Assembly: GCF_057098645.1 (NCBI RefSeq)
Contig: NZ_CM169472.1
Length of the DNA: 64,000 nt
Reading direction: 5' to 3' (one strand)
Part shown: positions 58,567 to 64,000 of the stretch, piece by piece
Layout: each line of letters opens with the position of its first letter
Position numbering within the stretch: the first letter of the stretch is position 1
Notes under the pieces: generated by a model
The model's database searches: none
What the model was told of the DNA's origin: nothing
What the model saw: the letters and a program-made list of their open reading frames with translations, nothing else
Position numbers and translations under genes: made by a program

Positions 58567-59565
58567 TCAGGCGTTGGCGTCTTTGACTTCGCGGATGATG
58601 TCCTGGTTCTCACGCAATTTCTGCGGAGTCATCATACGGCGCTGATCGTCAAGCACGACACCGCCCACTTCATCGGCAATATGCTGCGCAGATTGCAGCA
58701 TCAGCTTGAAGTTCTGCAGCTCGTCACCGTAAGACGGTACCTGCATAAAGATAGTGACACCCGGAGTAGTGAAATCCTTCATTTCAGGATCAAAGGTTCC
58801 CGGTTTCACCATATTCGCCAGGCTGAATAACGCCGGGCCGCTGCCATCCGGGCTAAGATGACGATGGTAAATATTCATATCGCCAAAAATGAAGCCCGCT
58901 TGTTGAATGCTGTTAAGAAGCAGTTCACCATTTAGCTCGCTACCGTGATGCGCCGCGACGTTCATGATAATCACCGCTTCTTTGCGCTTCGGTTTATCCA
59001 TAACTGGAGCCGGTTCCGCTACAGGCTCAGGCTGTGGTGCCGCTACGGGTTCTGCAGGCTGGAAAGCCTGTTGTGCCGGTTGCGGTGTTGAATGCACTGG
59101 CTGCGGCGCTGGCGCGACCTGTGGCGAAACTGGCTGCTGCAACGGCTGTTCAGGCTGCGGCTGATAGGCAGGCTGCTGCACGGGCTGCTGCACCGGCTGC
59201 GCTGGACGCGGAGCATGTTGCAGCGGTACCTGCGCTTCAGGCGGCTGCTGGACCGGTTGACGCGGCTGCGCAGACGCATAAGGCGGTTGGTACTGGTGTT
59301 GCGGCGACGGACGAGCAGCCTCATGCTCCTGGGCGTTAGCCGGGGCATGATTCACGCGGTGAACACGAACCTCACCAACGCCCTCATCATCTTCGACATC
59401 CTCGTCATAAGAATCGTCGTCACGTTTTGACTTCATTCGTTTTAATGGCCGATCGCGGAACATAGAAGATCGTTCTTTACGGCTGGTCCAGAAACCATGT
59501 ACCAGTAAAGCGATTATGGCGATCGCGCCAACAATGATTAATATCAGACGCAAATCCTGCATCAT
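58567..59565 (-). CDS. zipA: ZipA cell division protein (FtsZ-interacting), P/Q-rich linker
   Basis: N-terminal TM ([22 protein letters not shown]), long P/Q-rich linker, C-terminal FtsZ-binding domain. Confidence 0.9.
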   Translation of the reverse strand: MMQDLRLILIIVGAIAIIALLVHGFWTSRKERSSMFRDRPLKRMKSKRDDDSYDEDVEDDEGVGEVRVHRVNHAPANAQEHEAARPSPQHQYQPPYASAQPRQPVQQPPEAQVPLQHAPRPAQPVQQPVQQPAYQPQPEQPLQQPVSPQVAPAPQPVHSTPQPAQQAFQPAEPVAAPQPEPVAEPAPVMDKPKRKEAVIIMNVAAHHGSELNGELLLNSIQQAGFIFGDMNIYHRHLSPDGSGPALFSLANMVKPGTFDPEMKDFTTPGVTIFMQVPSYGDELQNFKLMLQSAQHIADEVGGVVLDDQRRMMTPQKLRENQDIIREVKDANA

Positions 59566-59794
59566 TATATTCTCTGTTGTTCTAACACCTTGCCACCACG
59601 GCAAACATTTACTCACTAAGAGTATTTGCCGATTACCTCAAGTGCAAGTGCACTATTAACTTTCACAGCACAAAGATAGATGAAATCGTGCTTTTTGCTG
59701 TTTTTTCGAACATATCCTAACTGTCCATTGCGCAATTACCCGGTAAAATACGCACAATTTTCCTGGGATTGGTCAAAAGGAGCTCATCCTGATT

Positions 59795-60556
59795 ATGGTT
59801 TCATCATTCACATCTGCCCCACGCAGCGGTTTTTACTATTTTGCGCAAGGCTGGAAGCTCGTCTCGCAACCTGGGATTCGGCGTTTCGTTATTTTACCGC
59901 TGCTGGTCAATATTTTGTTGATGGGGGGCGCATTCTGGTGGCTCTTTACGCAACTCGATGTCTGGATCCCGACTCTCATGAGTTATGTTCCGGACTGGTT
60001 ACAATGGCTGAGCTATCTGTTGTGGCCTCTGGCTGTCATCTCTGTGCTGTTAGTGTTTGGCTATTTCTTCTCCACGATTGCTAACTGGATTGCCGCTCCG
60101 TTTAACGGTTTATTGGCTGAACAACTGGAAGCACGATTGACTGGCGCTACACCGCCAGATACCGGGATTTTCGGTATCATGAAAGATGTGCCGCGAATCA
60201 TGAAACGCGAATGGCAAAAATTTGCCTGGTATCTGCCGCGCGCAATTGTATTACTAATTCTTTACTTCATCCCTGGTATTGGGCAAACCGTCGCGCCGGT
60301 ACTGTGGTTCCTGTTTAGCGCCTGGATGTTAGCCATCCAGTATTGCGATTACCCCTTCGATAACCACAAAGTGCCGTTTAAAGAGATGCGCACCGCCCTG
60401 CGCACACGCAAAATCACCAATATGCAGTTTGGTGCTTTAACCAGTCTGTTTACGATGATCCCGCTGCTTAATCTGTTCATTATGCCCGTTGCCATTTGTG
60501 GCGCGACGGCGATGTGGGTCGATTGCTATCGCGATAAACACGCGATGTGGCGGTAA
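59795..60556 (+). CDS. cysZ: CysZ sulfate transporter, 253 aa
   Basis: Membrane ORF upstream of cysK. Confidence 0.9.
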   Translation: MVSSFTSAPRSGFYYFAQGWKLVSQPGIRRFVILPLLVNILLMGGAFWWLFTQLDVWIPTLMSYVPDWLQWLSYLLWPLAVISVLLVFGYFFSTIANWIAAPFNGLLAEQLEARLTGATPPDTGIFGIMKDVPRIMKREWQKFAWYLPRAIVLLILYFIPGIGQTVAPVLWFLFSAWMLAIQYCDYPFDNHKVPFKEMRTALRTRKITNMQFGALTSLFTMIPLLNLFIMPVAICGATAMWVDCYRDKHAMWR

Positions 60557-60740
60557 CAATCTACCGGTTATTTTGTAAACCGTTTGTGTGAAACAGGGGT
60601 GGCTTATGCCGCCCCTTATTCCATCTTGCATGTCATTATTTCCCTTCTGTATATAGATATGCTAAATCCTTACTTCCGCATATTCTCTGAGCGGGTATGC
60701 TACCTGTTGTATCCCAATTTCATACAGTTAAGGACAGGCC

Positions 60741-61712
60741 ATGAGTAAGATTTTTGAAGATAACTCGCTGACTATCGGTCACACGCCGCTGGTTCGCCTG
60801 AATCGCATCGGTAACGGACGCATTCTGGCGAAGGTGGAATCTCGTAACCCCAGCTTCAGCGTTAAGTGCCGTATCGGTGCCAACATGATTTGGGATGCCG
60901 AAAAGCGCGGCGTGCTGAAACCAGGCGTTGAACTGGTTGAACCGACCAGCGGTAATACCGGGATTGCACTGGCCTATGTAGCTGCCGCTCGCGGTTACAA
61001 ACTCACCCTGACCATGCCAGAAACCATGAGTATTGAACGCCGCAAGCTGCTGAAAGCGTTAGGTGCAAACCTGGTGCTGACCGAAGGTGCTAAAGGCATG
61101 AAAGGCGCAATCCAAAAAGCAGAAGAAATTGTCGCCAGCAATCCAGAGAAATACCTGCTGCTGCAACAATTCAGCAATCCGGCAAACCCTGAAATTCACG
61201 AAAAGACCACCGGTCCGGAGATCTGGGAAGATACCGACGGTCAGGTTGATGTATTTATTGCTGGCGTTGGGACTGGCGGTACGCTGACTGGCGTCAGCCG
61301 CTACATTAAAGGCACCAAAGGAAAGACCGATCTTATCTCTGTCGCCGTTGAGCCAACCGATTCTCCAGTTATCGCCCAGGCGCTGGCAGGTGAAGAGATT
61401 AAACCTGGCCCGCATAAAATTCAGGGTATTGGCGCTGGTTTTATCCCGGCTAACCTCGATCTCAAGCTGGTCGATAAAGTCATTGGCATCACCAATGAAG
61501 AAGCCATTTCTACCGCCCGTCGTCTAATGGAAGAAGAAGGTATTCTTGCAGGTATCTCTTCTGGAGCAGCTGTTGCCGCGGCGTTGAAACTACAAGAAGA
61601 TGAAAGCTTTACCAACAAGAATATTGTGGTTATTCTACCATCATCGGGTGAGCGTTATTTAAGCACCGCATTGTTTGCCGATCTCTTCACTGAGAAAGAA
61701 TTGCAACAGTAA
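60741..61712 (+). CDS. cysK: cysteine synthase A (O-acetylserine sulfhydrylase A), 323 aa
   Basis: PLP-lysine motif PSFSVKCR, glycine loop GTGGT. Confidence 0.95.
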   Translation: MSKIFEDNSLTIGHTPLVRLNRIGNGRILAKVESRNPSFSVKCRIGANMIWDAEKRGVLKPGVELVEPTSGNTGIALAYVAAARGYKLTLTMPETMSIERRKLLKALGANLVLTEGAKGMKGAIQKAEEIVASNPEKYLLLQQFSNPANPEIHEKTTGPEIWEDTDGQVDVFIAGVGTGGTLTGVSRYIKGTKGKTDLISVAVEPTDSPVIAQALAGEEIKPGPHKIQGIGAGFIPANLDLKLVDKVIGITNEEAISTARRLMEEEGILAGISSGAAVAAALKLQEDESFTNKNIVVILPSSGERYLSTALFADLFTEKELQQ

Positions 61713-61735
61713 TGCCAGCTTGTTAAAAATGCGTA

Positions 61736-61762
61736 AAAAAGCACCTTTTTAGGTGCTTTTTT
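61736..61762 (+). terminator. rho-independent terminator after cysK
   Basis: AAAAAAGCACC-ttttt-AGGTGCTTTTTT. Confidence 0.75.
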
Positions 61763-62095
61763 GTGGCCTGCTTCAAACTTTCGCCCCACCTGGCATTGAT
61801 TCAGCCTGTCGGAACTGGTATTTAACCAGACTAATTATTTTGATGCGCGAAATTAATCGTTACAGGAAAAGCCAAAGCTGAATCGATTTTATGATTTGGT
61901 TCAATTCTTCCTTTAGCGGCATAATGTTTAATGACGTACGAAACGTCAGCGGTCAACACCCGCCAGCAATGGACTGTATTGCGCTCTTCGTGCGTCGCGT
62001 CTGTTAAAAACTGGCGCTAACAATACAGGCTAAAGTCGAACCGCCAGGCTAGACTTTAGTTCCACAACACTAAACCTATAAGTTGGGGAAATACA

Positions 62096-62353
62096 ATGTT
62101 CCAGCAAGAAGTTACCATTACCGCTCCGAACGGTCTGCACACCCGCCCTGCTGCCCAGTTTGTAAAAGAAGCTAAGGGCTTCACTTCTGAAATTACTGTG
62201 ACTTCCAACGGCAAAAGCGCCAGCGCGAAAAGCCTGTTTAAACTGCAGACTCTGGGCCTGACTCAAGGTACCGTTGTGACTATCTCCGCAGAAGGCGAAG
62301 ACGAGCAGAAAGCGGTTGAACATCTGGTTAAACTGATGGCGGAACTCGAGTAA
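62096..62353 (+). CDS. ptsH: HPr phosphocarrier protein, 85 aa
   Basis: [23 protein letters not shown]... with active-site His15. Confidence 0.97.
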
Positions 62354-62397
62354 TTTCCCGGGTTCTTTTAAAAATCAGTCACAAGTAAGGTAGGGTT

Positions 62398-64000
62398 ATG
62401 ATTTCAGGCATTTTAGCATCCCCGGGTATCGCTTTCGGTAAAGCTCTGCTTCTGAAAGAAGACGAAATTGTCATTGACCGGAAAAAAATTTCTGCCGACC
62501 AGGTTGATCAGGAAGTTGAACGTTTTCTGAGCGGTCGTGCCAAGGCATCAGCCCAGCTGGAAACGATCAAAACGAAAGCTGGTGAAACGTTCGGTGAAGA
62601 AAAAGAAGCCATCTTTGAAGGGCATATTATGCTGCTCGAAGATGAGGAGCTGGAGCAGGAAATCATAGCCCTGATTAAAGATAAGCACATGACAGCTGAC
62701 GCAGCTGCTCATGAAGTTATCGAAGGTCAGGCTTCTGCCCTGGAAGAGCTGGATGATGAATACCTGAAAGAACGTGCGGCTGACGTACGTGATATCGGTA
62801 AGCGCCTGCTGCGCAACATCCTGGGCCTGAAGATTATCGACCTGAGCGCCATTCAGGATGAAGTCATTCTGGTTGCCGCTGACCTGACGCCGTCCGAAAC
62901 CGCACAGCTGAACCTGAAGAAGGTGCTGGGTTTCATCACCGACGCGGGTGGCCGTACTTCCCACACCTCTATCATGGCGCGTTCTCTGGAACTGCCTGCT
63001 ATCGTGGGTACCGGTAGCGTCACCTCTCAGGTGAAAAATGACGACTATCTGATTCTGGATGCCGTAAATAATCAGGTTTACGTCAATCCAACCAACGAAG
63101 TTATTGATAAAATGCGCGCTGTTCAGGAGCAAGTGGCTTCTGAAAAAGCAGAGCTTGCTAAACTGAAAGATCTGCCAGCTATTACGCTGGACGGTCACCA
63201 GGTAGAAGTATGCGCTAACATTGGTACGGTTCGTGACGTTGAAGGTGCAGAGCGTAACGGCGCTGAAGGCGTTGGTCTGTATCGTACTGAGTTCCTGTTC
63301 ATGGACCGCGACGCGCTGCCCACTGAAGAAGAACAGTTTGCTGCTTACAAAGCAGTGGCTGAAGCGTGTGGCTCGCAGGCGGTTATCGTTCGTACCATGG
63401 ACATCGGCGGCGACAAAGAGCTGCCATACATGAACTTCCCGAAAGAAGAGAACCCGTTCCTCGGCTGGCGCGCTATCCGTATCGCGATGGATCGTAAAGA
63501 GATCCTGCGCGATCAGCTCCGCGCTATCCTGCGTGCCTCGGCTTTCGGTAAATTGCGCATTATGTTCCCGATGATCATCTCTGTTGAAGAAGTGCGTGCA
63601 CTGCGCAAAGAGATCGAAATCTACAAACAGGAACTGCGCGACGAAGGTAAAGCGTTTGACGAGTCAATTGAAATCGGCGTAATGGTGGAAACACCGGCTG
63701 CCGCAACAATTGCGCGTCATTTAGCCAAAGAAGTTGATTTCTTTAGTATCGGCACCAATGATTTAACGCAGTACACTCTGGCAGTTGACCGTGGTAATGA
63801 TATGATTTCACACCTTTACCAGCCAATGTCACCGTCCGTGCTGAACTTGATCAAGCAAGTTATTGATGCTTCTCATGCTGAAGGCAAATGGACTGGCATG
63901 TGTGGTGAGCTTGCTGGCGATGAACGTGCTACACTTCTGTTGCTGGGGATGGGTCTGGACGAATTCTCTATGAGCGCCATTTCTATCCCGCGCATTAAGA
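62398..64000 (+). CDS. ptsI: PTS enzyme I, N-terminal about 534 aa (runs off window end)
   Basis: [30 protein letters not shown]...; active-site region [21 protein letters not shown]; no stop before window end. Confidence 0.95.
   Translation, partial: MISGILASPGIAFGKALLLKEDEIVIDRKKISADQVDQEVERFLSGRAKASAQLETIKTKAGETFGEEKEAIFEGHIMLLEDEELEQEIIALIKDKHMTADAAAHEVIEGQASALEELDDEYLKERAADVRDIGKRLLRNILGLKIIDLSAIQDEVILVAADLTPSETAQLNLKKVLGFITDAGGRTSHTSIMARSLELPAIVGTGSVTSQVKNDDYLILDAVNNQVYVNPTNEVIDKMRAVQEQVASEKAELAKLKDLPAITLDGHQVEVCANIGTVRDVEGAERNGAEGVGLYRTEFLFMDRDALPTEEEQFAAYKAVAEACGSQAVIVRTMDIGGDKELPYMNFPKEENPFLGWRAIRIAMDRKEILRDQLRAILRASAFGKLRIMFPMIISVEEVRALRKEIEIYKQELRDEGKAFDESIEIGVMVETPAAATIARHLAKEVDFFSIGTNDLTQYTLAVDRGNDMISHLYQPMSPSVLNLIKQVIDASHAEGKWTGMCGELAGDERATLLLLGMGLDEFSMSAISIPRIK

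Noticed and set aside
59034-59430. Several 100-aa ORFs on both strands inside zipA
   Set aside because: Produced by the repetitive GC-rich P/Q-linker coding region of zipA; no independent support

Overview
This window is an Escherichia coli chromosomal segment syntenic with K-12 from the argW/dsdC prophage junction to ptsI. Gene identities were recognised from the translated ORFs and from memory of K-12 and phage lambda; no database search was run. The first ~7.3 kb is the right arm of a lambdoid prophage of the KplE1/CPS-53 type: its attR core matches the argW 3' end and torI (excisionase) sits next to dsdC. Unlike the K-12 remnant, it carries a lambda-like pL block (ea10, cIII, kil, gam, bet, exo, orf60a/63/61-like), is cut on the left by an IS629-like IS3-family element, and has several unassigned accessory ORFs. 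The core run then follows K-12 order: dsdCXA, emrKY, evgAS, yfdE-yfdV-oxc-frc-yfdX, ypdI, yfdY, lpxP, ypdK, alaC, ypdABC, fryA-ypdEF-fryCB, glk, yfeO, ypeC, mntH, nupC, pdeA, two tRNA-Ala, yfeCD, gltX, three tRNA-Val plus tRNA-Lys, yfeR, yfeH, ypeB, ligA, zipA, cysZ, cysK, ptsH, ptsI (partial). Differences from K-12 MG1655 as I recall it: an IS2 with 5-bp target duplication between ypdI and yfdY; no IS186 between nupC and pdeA; an IS200/IS605-family element (intact TnpB, frameshifted TnpA) between yfeD and gltX; and the xapR-xapB-xapA-yfeN block replaced by a small coiled-coil ORF behind a sigma28-like promoter. The best candidates for undescribed biology are the AT-rich prophage ORF at 670-1140, the accessory block at 4582-6918 just upstream of torI, and the lysV-adjacent ORF. 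No CRISPR array or rRNA is present.
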